Source: Eledone cirrhosa
Lineage: Eukaryota
NCBI GenBank assembly: GCA_964016885.1
Contig: CAXHJY010001521.1
Coordinates: 1-64,000, forward strand
Direction: 5' to 3'
Length of the DNA: 64,000 bases
A program made the position numbers and the translations under genes. The notes beneath the pieces are model-generated. The model did no database searches, was not told where the DNA came from, and saw only the letters and a list, made by a program, of their open reading frames with translations. Each line of letters starts with the position of its first letter. Position 1 is the stretch's first letter. Below, in pieces: positions 27,255-41,409 of the stretch.

Positions 27255-27858
27255 CTCCACCACCAACACAACCACCAAAACCACCATCACTTCCACCACC
27301 CACATCACTACCAACTCTCCACCACACCACCACCACCACCATCCACATCACTATCACCCCACCAACACCACCACATCTCTCCCAACTCACCACCACCACC
27401 ACCACCACATCCCTACCAACCTCCCACCACCAACTCTGCCCACATCTCTCCCAGCTCCCCTCCACCACCACATCACCACCGCTCCCTTCCACCATCACAT
27501 CACCACCACCACCACTCAGCACCCTCACACCACCACCACTCCCTTCCATCACCACATCACCACCACCACCACTCAGCACCCTCACACCACCACCACTCCC
27601 TTCCACCACCACATCACCACCACCACCACTCAGCACCCTCACACCACCACCACTCCCCTCCACCACCACATCACCACCACCACCACTCAGCACCCTCAGA
27701 CCACCACTACTCCCCTCCACCACCACATCACCACCACCACCACTCAGCACCCTCACACCACCACCACCACATCCCTCCCCCCCCCCCCCCCCTCACCCCC
27801 CCCCCCCCCCCCCCCACCCCACCCACCCCTCACACACCCCACCACCACCACCACAACA
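27255..27858. repeat. (CCA)n-derived repeat with a 60-bp unit
   Basis: Repeated ACTCAGCACCCTCACACCACCACCACTCCC. Confidence 0.9.
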
Positions 27859-28010
27859 GCAATATTGTTTTAATCTTACAACCTACATCTAATATCAGAA
27901 CTACCCCCATAAAACACTAATTAATGTCTTTTATGTCTCTCGTGAGAATTGCAATTTAGAATTGGTAAATTTTATTTTATTCATTATTTATATTATTATC
28001 GTTATTATTG

Positions 28011-28215
28011 AGGGTGGTGACTTGGCAACAGAATCGGTAGAGCGAAGGACACCATGCTTCGTAGCACAGAGTTATGGCCTTTTACGTTCTGAGTTCAAAT
28101 CCCGCTGAGGTTAACTTTACCTTTCATCCTTACGGGGTCGATAAAATAAAGTACCAGTAATGTACTGGGTCGATTTCATCGGCTTTCTCCTCCACAATTG
28201 CTGGCCTTGTGCCTT
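28011..28215 (+). mobile_element. Meta-domain SINE
   Basis: TTGGCAACAGAATCGG...GTTCAAATCCC...CTTTCATCCTTACGGGGTCGATAAAATAAAGTACCAG. Confidence 0.85.
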
Positions 28216-28295
28216 AATGAAAAGCCATTATTTAGTTGAACATTCTGAGGACAATTTATGCTGGGAACAGTCTAATAATAATAATAATTGTTTCT

Positions 28296-28450
28296 TTGCA
28301 ATTACCCAGTGCATTACTGGTACTTTATTTTATCAACCCCGTAAGGATGAAAGGCAAAGTTAACCTCGGCGGGATTTGAACTGAGAATGGCAAGGGCCGT
28401 AATTCTATGCGTCAAAGCATGGCGTCCGACACTGCCAACCCACCGCCCAT
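28296..28450 (-). mobile_element. Meta-domain SINE
   Basis: Reverse complement of the same family. Confidence 0.85.
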
Positions 28451-29213
28451 AATAATAATGATTTCTAGTATAGGCCCGTGGACTGGGTTACGTGTTGTGT
28501 TCTTGAGTAAAACACTTCATTTCACGTAGCTCCAGTGGTAAGGGGTTTGGACTTACAATCATAATTGAAAGGCCAAGCTAACCTGATGCTACTGTTAATC
28601 CACTGCCCTAAAGTTAGACTGAAATAATAATTCATCTTACATTAGTATTTCCTGGAAGGGGCCACGGTTAATGAAATATCTGGCTTAATGCGACAACGCG
28701 TCGCCATAAAGCGAACTTCTGACCTTAAAGGTCTTGAGATAAACACTTTATCCACTAAGACATCACACGCTTCCATCTATGGCAGATGCATATACATATA
28801 CTGGATAACCAAAGATGTGGGTTCGGCTGCCATGTACGTCAATACTTATTTTTTTCCATTTAATTGGGAGTTCTAAACCCCACTATCAGGCTAAAATATG
28901 TCTGTAGTCATATATGCGACGTAAGCTTCTATTTCTAATATATATATATATATATCATAAAACATGTCTATAGAATCACCAGATAAAATATATACTATTT
29001 CCTCTCCCAATTAGCATAATTAACTATATAAAAAATCGAATAGACCAGGCTATAAGAATAAGGCTTCTATGAAGAAATCTCCAACAAATAACCGAAACCA
29101 GCCCTTCGCGCCGGCTGCGACGGAATATTTATCGAATATTTCGACAGCGTAATCGCCCAGATATACAGTCAATTGAACAGAATTAGGTGTAAAATAAACT
29201 AGGAGAAAAGAGA

Positions 29214-29253
<40 letters not shown>

Positions 29254-29483
29254 CAAGAAAGAAGAGTGACATGGTTTGCTATACAATAAGGGCTTTATTC
29301 ACATTGCTGACAATTGTTTCTTTGATCTGGTAGATCTAGAGGTCGCTACTCGCCTAATTTTGCGTCAATCGATCTCCAATACTTTGTTTATAACCAGTCG
29401 TTTTCATCAGAGCACGCGAAAGTGAAGAAGATACACAAGGCATGGCTTTTATAGTGGACTGCCTATAACGATAACCTGTTATC

Positions 29484-29537
<54 letters not shown>

Positions 29538-29567
29538 AGAACAAAAGATGGTTAAAGGAGTTCCATA

Positions 29568-29638
29568 TATTTTATTATGCGCATTTCAAAAACAAACATC
29601 ATCATGCAATAATATTTGTGTTTTCATCAGATAAAACA
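29568..29638 (-). ncRNA. Minimal hammerhead ribozyme (family A2)
   Basis: Reverse complement: TGTTTTAT-CTGATGA-AAACACAAATATT...GATGTTTGTTTTT-GAAA-TGCGCA-TA-ATAAAATA; lies in a head-to-head relic at about 29533-29820. Confidence 0.75.
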
Positions 29639-29841
29639 GGAGAACATGATATGAAGGCTAAAAAACACTTGTGGATAGTGCAGTTTTAAATCAACATATA
29701 TTATGATCTTATATATTATGATCTTATATATTATGTATACTCCAGTCCTACAAACTGTAGAGAGCTTCTTATCCGATATCTGCATTGCTTTATTGTACTA
29801 CAATAAAACTCACCTCCTACATATATATATGGTTGTGTGTG

Positions 29842-29894
<53 letters not shown>

Positions 29895-30175
29895 ATATGG
29901 GGTAACAAATTATTGTTATAGGTAGTCCACTTAAGTGTAGTCCAGTTATGGTACTCCGGGTAGTGGATGATATCAACGCTTGGCTAAGTTTGACTCAACA
30001 AGGCGTTTCCATAGTGATGCTGCAAGTACGCTGTAAACACTTGGCGTAATGATAAATCAGGAAAGGAGAGTGACACGGTTTGCGAAACAAAAAAGGTTTT
30101 TAATCTCTTTGCTGACAATTGTTTCTCTGAACTGGTAGGTCTAGAGATCACTACCCGCTTGTTTTCACGTTATTC

Positions 30176-30351
<176 letters not shown>

Positions 30352-30364
30352 ATATATATATATA

Positions 30365-30409
<45 letters not shown>

Positions 30410-30446
30410 ATATATATATATGTGTGTGTGTGTATATATATATATA

Positions 30447-30509
<63 letters not shown>

Positions 30510-30513
30510 ATAT

Positions 30514-30727
30514 AGGCGTGTGGCTGAGTGGTTAGAGAATTGGATTCGCAATCGTAAGGTTGTGAGTTCGATTCCTGGACCAGGCGATGCGTTATGTCCT
30601 TGAGCAAGACACTTTATTTCACGTTGCTCCTTCTACCTGGAGTTGCGACCGATAGATAGTATTAGCAATTGGAAAGACCAACGGAAACATTGTTCCCTCG
30701 GTCCGATTTGACGAAAGTCGATCGTTC

Positions 30728-30730
<3 letters not shown>
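30514..30730 (+). mobile_element. CORE-type SINE head with a distinct tail
   Basis: GGCGTGTGGCTGAGTGG...GTTCGATTCC...CCTTGAGCAAGACACTT then CCTGGAGTTGCGACCGATAGATAG; copies at 58431-58625 (+) and about 52855-52975 (-). Confidence 0.75.
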
Positions 30731-30819
<89 letters not shown>

Positions 30820-30996
30820 CACACACACACATATATAGATATGTAGACCGACAGATAGATATATAGTCATATATATATATATAGAGAGAGAAATAAAAAA
30901 TATATACGAATAGATATATATATGGATAGATAGATATACAGACCGACAGACAGAGATACAAACAGTGAGATAGATAGATAGATAGATAGATAGATA

Positions 30997-31731
30997 TGTT
31001 TCTTTTATTTGCCACCAGGGCATCAAAAGTGGGACAAGTACAATGGGGGGGAGTTTACAAAACAAGGCGTCCTCAATAAGGAGGAGGCAATAACAAAATA
31101 TAAAAATAAAATAAAATATAACAAAAAATAAAATTTATAACAAAGTCCTCAATAGAGAGGAGGCGCCTTGGGGGGGTCGCCCCCCCCCCCCCCGAAAAAA
31201 GTGTGCAACCCTTCTCCTCAGGAGCACAGAGAAGGGGTGCTCCCTTGGTCTTTCATCTTCCTCACCTATAGTCTGATGTAGAGTGAAGGCCCATTCACAC
31301 GGGCCATTCTCGCCACTTTCACCCATCTTTCATAAAAACGGCTGGGGTGCAGCACCTCTCTCTCCATCATGATCCTTCTTCCGAAATGATATCGGAAGAA
31401 ACGGACCAGTTGTTGGCCAGAGAGAAAGGTGTCTGACCTCAGTCCTTTCAGACGCGTCCACCATACAACCTCTTTCGCCATGGCTATTACGCACAGAAAC
31501 ACCGCCTCTCCTTCGTTTTTGAAGAGGGGAGGCGGCTTGATCGTTACAATAGACTCGGTGGTCAACCGGATCGGTCCCACCCTTGACAGCAGTTGTTCGA
31601 CATAGCCCCACAGATCGGCAATGCCCGAGCAGTGTACCAATGCGTGTGCAACGGTTTCCTCGTCGCACACGCATCTAGGACAGATCTTTTTCGATGGGTC
31701 CCTACCCGGGCGCCCGTGTCTGTAGAGCCTT
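30997..31731 (-). mobile_element. Tx1/L1-like LINE 3' fragment with zinc knuckle
   Basis: Minus strand CPRCVCDEETVAHALVHC...LWGYVEQLL...EVVWWTR; (GATA)n on both sides. Confidence 0.85.
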
Positions 31732-31750
31732 TAGATAGATAGATAGATAT

Positions 31751-32307
31751 ATTTCTTTATTAGCCACAGGGGCACAAAAGAAGGGGACAAATACAAAGGG
31801 GGAAGTTTACATACAATAAAAACGTGTAAAATGTTATCACAGATGGAATTTAAAAGTTAGTCGATTTTCCCCAATAGAGGGAGACAGTTTATATGGGTAA
31901 CACATACCCCCGAAAAAAAATGTGCAACCCTCATCTCCAGGAGTACGAAGAGCTTGTACTCCTTTCCTTTCCTCCTCCTTTTCCTCAACCTACAGGCTGA
32001 TATAGAGAGAAGGCCCATTCACTCGGGCCATTCTCGCCACTTTCACCCACCTTTCATAAAACTTGCTGGGGTACAGCACCTCTCTCTCCATCCTGATTCT
32101 TCTTCCAAAGTGGTATTTGATCAAAAAGAATCAGTTGTTGGCCGTAGAGAAAGGTGTCTGACCTCAGCCCTTTTAACCTCGTCCACCATACAACCTCTTT
32201 CGCCATAGCTATCACACAAAGGAAAACCGCCTCTCCTTCGTTTTTGAAGGAGGGTGGCGGTTTGATCATGACGATGGACTCGGTGGTCAACTGGATTGGT
32301 CCCACCC

Positions 32308-32308
<1 letters not shown>
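31751..32308 (-). mobile_element. Tx1/L1-like LINE 3' fragment
   Basis: Near-identical to 21443-21914; (GATA)n on both sides. Confidence 0.85.
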
Positions 32309-32340
<32 letters not shown>

Positions 32341-32368
32341 CAGTCAGATAGACAGTCATATATATGTA

Positions 32369-32564
32369 TCAGAGCTGTCAACTCTCCTCGCCCGTCGGAG
32401 AGATCTCCAACCCACTTCGTGTCAGGTGAAAGATGTCTTCTCTCGTGAAAATGGGTAAAGCTTTCATTATGTAAAACCTCCCCACTTTGCCTCATTTCTC
32501 CCCGTTTTGGGGCACTTTTTTTCATGGGACTCTCCGTTGGGGTTTTCAGAGGCTGGCAGGTGTG
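32369..32564. mobile_element. Possible DNA-transposon MITE
   Basis: Imperfect termini CAGAGCTGTCAACTCTC / GAGGCTGGCAGGTGTG. Confidence 0.3.
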
Positions 32565-32592
32565 ATGTATAGATATATGTATGTATAGATAT

Positions 32593-33092
32593 ATTTCTTT
32601 ATTTGCCACAAGGGCGCACAAGAAAAAGGGACAATACAAAGGCATATGCCGGGGATTTTACATACAATCGTGTAAAAATATTTTAACACATAAATTCATC
32701 AATCGAAATCCCCAATAGGGGGGGGGGGGGCGTTTCAAATGGGTTGTTTTATACCCCATAGATAGAACAACCCTCAACTCCAGGACCATGTTGTGCAAGG
32801 GCTCTTTTCCTTTTGCCCTCTTCTTCAACCTACAGGTTTATATACAAAGAAGGCCCAATCACTCGGGCCATTCTCGCCACCTTCACCCACCTTTCAGTGA
32901 ATTTACTGGGGTGCAGTACCTCTCTCTCCACCCTGATTCTCCTTCTAAAGTGGTACCTAAAGAAGGGAATGAGTTGTTGTCCGGAGAGAAAGGCATCTGT
33001 CCTCAGTCCTCTCAACCTTGTCCACCATATAACCTCTTTCACCATATATAGCCACTATACAGAGGAAAACCGCCTCTCTTTCGTTTTTAAAA
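32593..33092 (-). mobile_element. Tx1/L1-like LINE 3' fragment (divergent subfamily)
   Basis: VKEVIWWTRLRGLRTDAFLSGQQL...GPSLYINL; GATA-type flanks. Confidence 0.8.
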
Positions 33093-33364
33093 TAGATAGA
33101 TAATTATGTCGGATATATGTATATATAGATAGATAAATAAATAGATAAATAAATAGATAAATAGATGGATTAATAGATCGATGTATTGATAGATACATAG
33201 ATAGATAACTAAGTGTTGTAGTTGGCTTGAAGCATTATGGAATAAGAAATACAAATTTGAATCAGTTTAAATAAAATATTTAAACTTAGATACATATATA
33301 AATAGATAGATATACATATAGTTAAATATACATACAGATAGATATACATATAGATAGATAAATG

Positions 33365-33427
<63 letters not shown>

Positions 33428-33463
33428 ATAATAATTAATTTGAAGACTGAAATCCAAATAGAT

Positions 33464-34117
33464 ATTCTTTATTAGCCACAGGGGCACAAAAGAAGGAGAC
33501 AAATACAAAGGGGGAAGTTTACATACAATAAAAACGTGTAAAATGTTATCACAAATGTAATTTAAAAATTAATCGATTTTCCCCAATAAGGGGAGACATT
33601 TCATATGGGTAACACATACCCCCGAAAAAATGTGCAACCCTCATCTCCGGGAGTACGAAGGGTGAGTACCCTTTTCCTCTCTTCCTCTTTTTTCCTCAAC
33701 CTACAGGCTGATATAGAGAGAAGGCCCATTCACTCGGGCCATTCTCGCCACTTTCACCCACCTTTCATAAAACTTGCTGGGGTACAGCACCTCTCTCTCC
33801 ATCCGGGGGTACAGCACCTCTCTCTCCATCCTGATTCTTCTTCCAAAGTGGTATTTGAAAAAAAGAATCAGTTGTTGGCCGCAGAGAAAGGTGTCTGACC
33901 TCAGCCCTTTTTAACCTCGTCCACCATACAACCTCTTTCACCATAGCTATCACACAAAGGAAAACCGCCTCTCCTTCGTTTTTTGAAGGAGGGTGGCGGT
34001 TTGATCATGACGATGGACTCGGTGGTCAACCGGATTGGTCCCACCCGCGACAATAGTCGTTCTACATAGCCCCACAGGTCGGTAACGCCCGGGCAGTGTA
34101 CGAAGACGTGCGCGACG
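33464..34117 (-). mobile_element. Tx1/L1-like LINE 3' fragment
   Basis: VAHVFVHCPGVTDLWGYVERLL... with frameshifts and a short internal duplication; GATA-type flanks. Confidence 0.85.
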
Positions 34118-34180
34118 ATACATAGATAGATATAGATAGATATGTATATAGATAGATATACATACAGATAGATAGAGAAG

Positions 34181-34216
<36 letters not shown>

Positions 34217-34283
34217 CAGAAAAAGAGAGTGAGAGAGAGATACATATATATAGATAGATATATAAATATATATATATATAAAT

Positions 34284-34383
34284 ATACGATATATTAACAA
34301 ATGGAAACTATATTTATAAAAGCATATTTATTTCATTATAGAAGGACACCAAGTTAAATTATGGTGTGCTTTCATCAGATAAA

Positions 34384-34386
<3 letters not shown>
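34284..34386 (-). mobile_element. Family A solo arm with deleted HHR (GAAA/stem III missing)
   Basis: Matches 41723-41829 except for the deletion. Confidence 0.7.
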
Positions 34387-34431
<45 letters not shown>

Positions 34432-34443
34432 AGAGAGAGAGAG

Positions 34444-34500
<57 letters not shown>

Positions 34501-34505
34501 AATAT

Positions 34506-34871
34506 ATTAAGAGAGTAAAACAAAGAAGCCTTCAATACATCAAAAGTCTTTATTAGCCGACAATGTTTCGTCCTATTAAGGACTCATATAACCACCTTTG
34601 TTTAGCTCTAGTTTTTGCTTTGGACTATATTTGTAATATGGTTCTTAATGTTATATACATCCTTAGTAATTATTATCATATATTTTTATTATATATTTTT
34701 GTAATACTTTAGTGTATGTACACTCCATATTCTTCGGAGATTCCGGCTTGTATCTGCCGATATTACTTCTTGTTGTTTTAATTGCCCTGATGAGTCCTTA
34801 ATAGGACGAAACATTGTCGGCTAATAAAGACTTTTGATGTATTGAAGGCTTCTTTGTTTTACTCTCTTAAT
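34506..34871. mobile_element. Foldback element family D
   Basis: Identical arms about 34506-34587 and 34790-34871; about 200-bp spacer. Confidence 0.85.
34784..34821 (+). ncRNA. Minimal type I hammerhead ribozyme (family D)
   Basis: GCC-CTGATGA-GTCCT taat AGGAC-GAAA-CATTG-TC-GGC; canonical core, GUC cleavage after 34818. Confidence 0.85.
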
Positions 34872-34971
34872 TTTTCGGCTCTGTTTAACTACATTAAGCT
34901 ATACCTTTTACTGTCATTTCTATAATACGAAGAGGGTGTTTAACTCCAACACACTCCAGTATTTTAACCCT

Positions 34972-35003
<32 letters not shown>

Positions 35004-35019
35004 AATATATATATATATA

Positions 35020-35057
<38 letters not shown>

Positions 35058-35069
35058 TATATATATATA

Positions 35070-35214
<145 letters not shown>

Positions 35215-35379
35215 CTTGACTAGCAACAGACGACCACAACAACAACAAGAACGATGACGACAGAAACAAGAACAACAACAACGATGACAAAAAATATGGA
35301 GCCAAGCAGACGATATTTAATTAATAAAGTAAACGAAGAGAAACTTGGCTGAGTTGTTTGAGTAAAGACGACACAGCAC

Positions 35380-37250
35380 CACTACTACTACTACTACTGC
35401 TACTACTACTGCTACTACTACTGCTACTACTACTGCTACTACTACTGCTACTGCTACTACTACTACTACTGCTACTACTACTGCTACTACTACTGCTACT
35501 GCTACTGCTGCTACTGCTACTACTACTGCTACTACTACTACTACTACTACTGCTACTACTACTGCTACTGCTACTACTACTGCTACTACTACTGCTACTG
35601 CTACTGCTACTGCTACTACTACTGCTACTACTACCACTACTGCTACTGCTACTGCTACTGCTACTACTACTACTGCTACTGCTACTACTACTGCTACTAC
35701 TACTACTACTACTACTGCTACTACTACTGCTACTACTACTACTACTGCTACTGCTACTGCTACTACTACTGCTACTGCTACTGCTGCTACTACTGCTACT
35801 GCTACCACTACTGCTACTGCTACTGCTACTGCTACTACTACTACTGCTACTACTACTGCTACTACTACTGCTACTACTACTACTACTGCTACTGCTACTA
35901 CTACTGCTACTGCTACTGCTACTGCTACTGCTACTACTACTGCTACTACTACCACTACTGCTACTGCTACTGCTACTGCTACTACTACTGCTACTACTAC
36001 TGCTACTACTACTACTACTGCTACTGCTACTACTACTGCTACTGCTACTGCTACTGCTACTACTACTGCTACTACTACCACTACTGCTACTGCTACTGCT
36101 ACTGCTACTACTACTACTGCTACTACTACTGCTACTACTACTGCTACTACTACTGCTACTACTACTACTACTGCTACTGCTACTACTACTACTACTGCTA
36201 CTACTACTGCTACTGCTACTACTACTGCTACTGCTACTGCTACTACTACTACTACTGCTACTACTACTGCTACTACTACTGCTACTGCTACTGCTGCTAC
36301 TGCTACTACTGCTACTGCTACTACTACTGCTACTACTACTACTACTACTACTGCTACTACTACTGCTACTACTACTACTACTGCTACTGCTACTACTACT
36401 GCTACTGCTACTGCTACTGCTACTGCTACTACTACTGCTACTACTACCACTACTGCTACTGCTACTGCTACTGCTACTACTACTACTGCTACTACTACTG
36501 CTACTACTACTGCTACTACTACTACTACTGCTACTGCTACTACTACTGCTACTGCTACTGCTACTGCTACTGCTACTACTACTGCTACTACTACCACTAC
36601 TGCTACTGCTACTGCTACTGCTACTACTACTACTGCTACTACTACTGCTACTACTACTGCTACTACTACTGCTACTACTACTACTACTACTACTACTACT
36701 GCTACTGCTACTACTACTACTACTGCTACTACTACTGCTACTGCTACTACTACTGCTACTGCTACTGCTACTACTACTGCTACTACTACTGCTACTACTA
36801 CTGCTACTACTACTGCTACTACTACTACTACTACTACTACTGCTACTACTACTGCTACTACTACCACTACTGCTACTGCTACTGCTACTGCTACTACTAC
36901 TACTGCTACTACTACTGCTACTACTACTGCTACTACTACTGCTACTACTACTACTGCTACTACTACTGCTACTACTACTGCTACTACTACTGCTACTACT
37001 ACTACTACTACTACTACTGCTACTACTACTGCTACTGCTACTACTACTGCTACTGCTGCTACTACTACTACTACTACTACTACTACTGCTACTACTACTG
37101 CTACTGCTACTGCTACTGCTACTACTACTGCTGCTACTACTGCTACTACTACTGCTACTACTACTACTACCACTACTACTACCACTACTACTACTACTAT
37201 CGCCACTACAACTACTACCGCCACTACTACTACAACCACTACTACTACAA
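35380..37250. repeat. Mixed (CTA)/(CTG)n trinucleotide array, about 1.9 kb
   Basis: In-phase CTA/CTG with rare CCA. Confidence 0.97.
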
Positions 37251-37299
37251 TCACCACCAACAAAACAATGATACAAACACGACAATTATCTACACCACT

Positions 37300-37985
37300 G
37301 CACTACCACCACCACCACACCACCACCATCAATACCCAAACCAACACCACCCACCACCACACCACCACCACCACCATCAACACCCAAACCAACACCACCC
37401 ACCAACACCACCACCACCACACCACCACCACCACCACCACCATCAATACCCAAACCAACACCACCCACCACCACACCACCACCACCACCATCAACACCCA
37501 AACCAACACCACCCACCAACACCACCACCACCACACCACCACCACCACCACCACCATCAACACCCAAACCAACACCACCCACCACCACACCACCACCACC
37601 ACCATCAACACCCAAACCAACACCACCCACCACCACACCACCACCACCACCACCACCATCAACACCCAAACCAACACCACCCACCACCACACCACCACTA
37701 CCACCATCAACACCCAAACTAACACCACCCACCACCACCACCACCACCACCACCACCACCACCACCACCAACACCCAAACCAACACCACCCACCACCACA
37801 CCACCACTACCACCATCAACACCCAAACCAACACCACCCACCACCACCACCATCAACACCCAAACCAACACCACCCACCACCACCACCACCACCATCATC
37901 CCAACACCACCACCACCACCACCACCACCATCAACACCCAAACCAACACCCACCACCACCACCACACCAACACCACCACCAGCGC
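37300..37985. repeat. (CCA)n-derived minisatellite
   Basis: Repeated ATCAACACCCAAACCAACACCACCC. Confidence 0.9.
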
Positions 37986-38097
37986 CATCTATTTTAATAA
38001 CTAAAACGTGGTACACTCCATTCACTTCCGTTTGACGCCGGCAAAATATGTTTTTTTTTTATTTAATAGCAGCTATTTATGGATCTATTATTGTATT

Positions 38098-38726
38098 TAT
38101 ATACACACGTATATACACACGTATATACACATCCACACACACATATATATATATATACACGTATATACACACGTATATACACATCCACACACACATATAT
38201 ATATACACACGTATATACACATCTACACACACACACACATATATATATATATACACGTATATACACACGTATATACACATCCACACACACATATATATAT
38301 ACACACGTATATACACATCTACACACACACACACATATATATATATACACGTATATACACACGTATATACACATCCACACACACATATATATATACACAC
38401 GTATATACACATCTACACACACACACACATATATATATATATACACGTATATACACACGTATATACACATCCACACACACATATATATATACACACGTAT
38501 ATACACATCTACACACACACACACATATATATATATATACACGTATATACACACGTATATACACATCCACACACACATATATATATACACACGTATATAC
38601 ACATCTACACACACACACACATATATATATATATACACGTATATACACACCCACACACACACATATATATACACACGTATATACACATCCACACACATAT
38701 ATATATACACACGTATATACACATCT

Positions 38727-38765
<39 letters not shown>

Positions 38766-38820
38766 CACGTATATACACATCCACACACACATATATATAT
38801 ACACACGTATATACACATCT

Positions 38821-38851
<31 letters not shown>

Positions 38852-38888
38852 CACGTATATACACATCCACACGCATATATACACACGT

Positions 38889-38890
<2 letters not shown>
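38098..38890. repeat. TA/CA-derived higher-order minisatellite
   Basis: Repeated ACACGTATATACACATCYACACAC. Confidence 0.9.
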
Positions 38891-38955
<65 letters not shown>

Positions 38956-39007
38956 CACACACATATATGTAGATACACACACTCATACATATATATATAT
39001 ATACACA

Positions 39008-39059
<52 letters not shown>

Positions 39060-39206
39060 CACATAAACATACACACACAGTCGTACATACATACACACAC
39101 ACTCACACATATATACACACGTACAAATATCTATCTATCGTATGTGCCTGCATATGATATATATATACCGTTTATATATATATATACCATATATATATAT
39201 ATATAT

Positions 39207-39252
<46 letters not shown>

Positions 39253-39298
39253 ATATATATATATATATATATATACCATATATATATATATATATATA

Positions 39299-39364
<66 letters not shown>

Positions 39365-39434
39365 ATATATATAGTTAATAAATGAAACATACAAAGCACA
39401 GAGGCAATTTTACACTTATATTAGGTTATATGTA

Positions 39435-39466
<32 letters not shown>

Positions 39467-39548
39467 CACACACAATATATATATACACATACACAATATA
39501 TATATATATATATACACATACACAATATATATATATATACACACATAC

Positions 39549-39588
<40 letters not shown>

Positions 39589-39810
39589 TGTTAATTAATT
39601 CTATATAAGAAAATAATCTAGCTAGCCGTGTTGTTCTAAAGAAAATTGAGGTCCTGCCCCTCCACCCCGCACTTATCCCCACCCCCAGGGGAACGACATT
39701 CGGCTCCAGCGGATGAAACGTCGCTGTTTCCACCTCTTTCAACCTTAAAGACACAACTATAGTTAGAAACAAGATGATATAGATATATATACATACAGGC
39801 ACAGAGATAC

Positions 39811-39844
<34 letters not shown>

Positions 39845-39891
39845 ATCACAGATATATATACATTCATATATTATATTAGATATATATATAT

Positions 39892-39944
<53 letters not shown>

Positions 39945-39946
<2 letters not shown>

Positions 39947-40260
39947 TAGAATAAGGAGCAGGTATTGCAATAGCCTGGGATTCAAGGGCCCTCAACTCTT
40001 CAACCGGCTGCCGAGGCATCTGCGAGACTTGCATGACGTGGAGGTGGATGTCTTTAAGAAACATCTCGACACCTTGTTATCCAGGATCCCGGATGAGCCC
40101 ACAGCAAGACACGAGGGAAACCTAAGGGCAGCAGCAACAAACTCCCTCCTATACCAGTGGCCAACCTATACAGGCTGGAGATAAAATGTGTAGCAACAAG
40201 GGCGGTGCCCCAGCATGGCCTCAGCCGGATGGCTGAAACAGGTAAAAGAGTAAAAGAGTA
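39945..40260 (+). mobile_element. CR1-group LINE 3' end
   Basis: SRIRSRYCNSLGFKGPQLFNRLPRHLR...FKKHLDTLLSRIPDEP...RAAATNSL, stop 40182-40184, tail (GTAAAAGA)n; short tail copy at 42901-42941. Confidence 0.75.
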
Positions 40261-40410
40261 TATATATATATATAAGCAGAAGGGATATTTAATTTGTTGG
40301 AAATTCAACAAATATAAATGTTTATAACTGATTCAGAGCACTCCACAGTTTTCTGGAGTAAATATTCAATGATATTAAATAAATGGAAACTATATTTATA
40401 AAACCATATT

Positions 40411-40474
40411 TATTCTATTATATATATTTCAAGGGTACCAAAAAAACTTTGGTACGCTTTCATCAGATAAAATA
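40411..40474 (-). ncRNA. Minimal hammerhead ribozyme (family A)
   Basis: Reverse complement: TATTTTAT-CTGATGA-AAGcGTACCAAA..TTTGGTACcCTT-GAAA-TATATA-TA-ATAGAATA. Confidence 0.8.
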
Positions 40475-40543
40475 CTATCCAAGGAAAATTCAACTGATAA
40501 GGTATGTTCCTTGGTTATGTCAAAATTTATAAAACACACTTTG

Positions 40544-40605
40544 TATTTTATCTGATGAAAGCGTACCAAAGTTTTTGGTACCCTTGAAATATATATAATA
40601 GAATA
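40544..40605 (+). ncRNA. Minimal hammerhead ribozyme (family A)
   Basis: CTGATGA 40552-40558, long stem II, GAAA 40586-40589, palindromic TATATA, stem I TATTTTAT/ATAGAATA. Confidence 0.8.
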
Positions 40606-40928
40606 AATATGGTTTTATAAATATAGTTTCATTTATTTAATATCATTGAATATTATATATATATATATCCTCTCTTCCCGCTCTCTCTCAAAGCCAGACA
40701 TACAGACAGATATTATAAGAGCGCAATGTTATATCTATGTACCTATCTAAATAGAAAGACTAAGAGTTATAGAGAGAGATCGCTAAATCGCCTAATGCGG
40801 TCCCTAGGGCATTGAAAATTTGAAATTTCTTTGCTCAAAACACTCACAGGACCATAAGTATTACATGTGTGGAGTATCGCTAAAAGCTTTCTCCGATAAT
40901 GTATTTATTTATTTATATATATATATAT

Positions 40929-41405
40929 ACTAGCAGAATGGCAGATTAAAATAACAGATTAAAGTTTAAGCAGAGAATCGCTGCTTTCACCCTTAACGGG
41001 ATCTTCTGAAACTACAAAAATCAATCTGTGAACGCAGAAGTAAATATTTCGAAAAACGTTACACACTATATATACACACACACACTATATATACATATAT
41101 ACATACACACACACACATATACACACACAGCGTCATAATGTTGTAATGCAGACGGCCAGACATACAGACAGATATTATAAGGGCGCAACGTTATATCTAT
41201 GTATCTATCTAAAAAGAAAGACTAAGAGTTATAGAGAGAGATCGCTAAATCGCCTAATGCGGTCCCTATGGCATTGAAAATTTGAAATTTCTTTGCTCAA
41301 AACACTCACAGGACCATAAGTATTACATGTGTAAAGTTTGAAAATAATCGGTTGGGTGGTTCTCGAGTTTTAGGGAGTCAGAGAGACATTCTCTGTTTTA
41401 TACAT
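40929..41405 (-). mobile_element. Probable Helitron-derived relic with duplicated internal block
   Basis: ACTAG at the left end; block about 41155-41332 is duplicated at 40694-40872. Confidence 0.4.
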
Positions 41406-41409
41406 ATAT

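Larger units (their letters stand above)
40275..40653. mobile_element. Foldback element family A with two HHRs
   Basis: Mirrored segments about 40361-40474 and 40544-40653; (TA)n flanks. Confidence 0.85.

Noticed and set aside
29300-30155. GAAA-CAATTG-TC half motifs on the - strand in two related fragments
   Set aside because: No CUGANGA core upstream, so not called as ribozymes
35317-37285. 630-650-aa poly-V/A, poly-S and poly-L ORFs
   Set aside because: Trinucleotide array open in several frames, with no complex coding sequence
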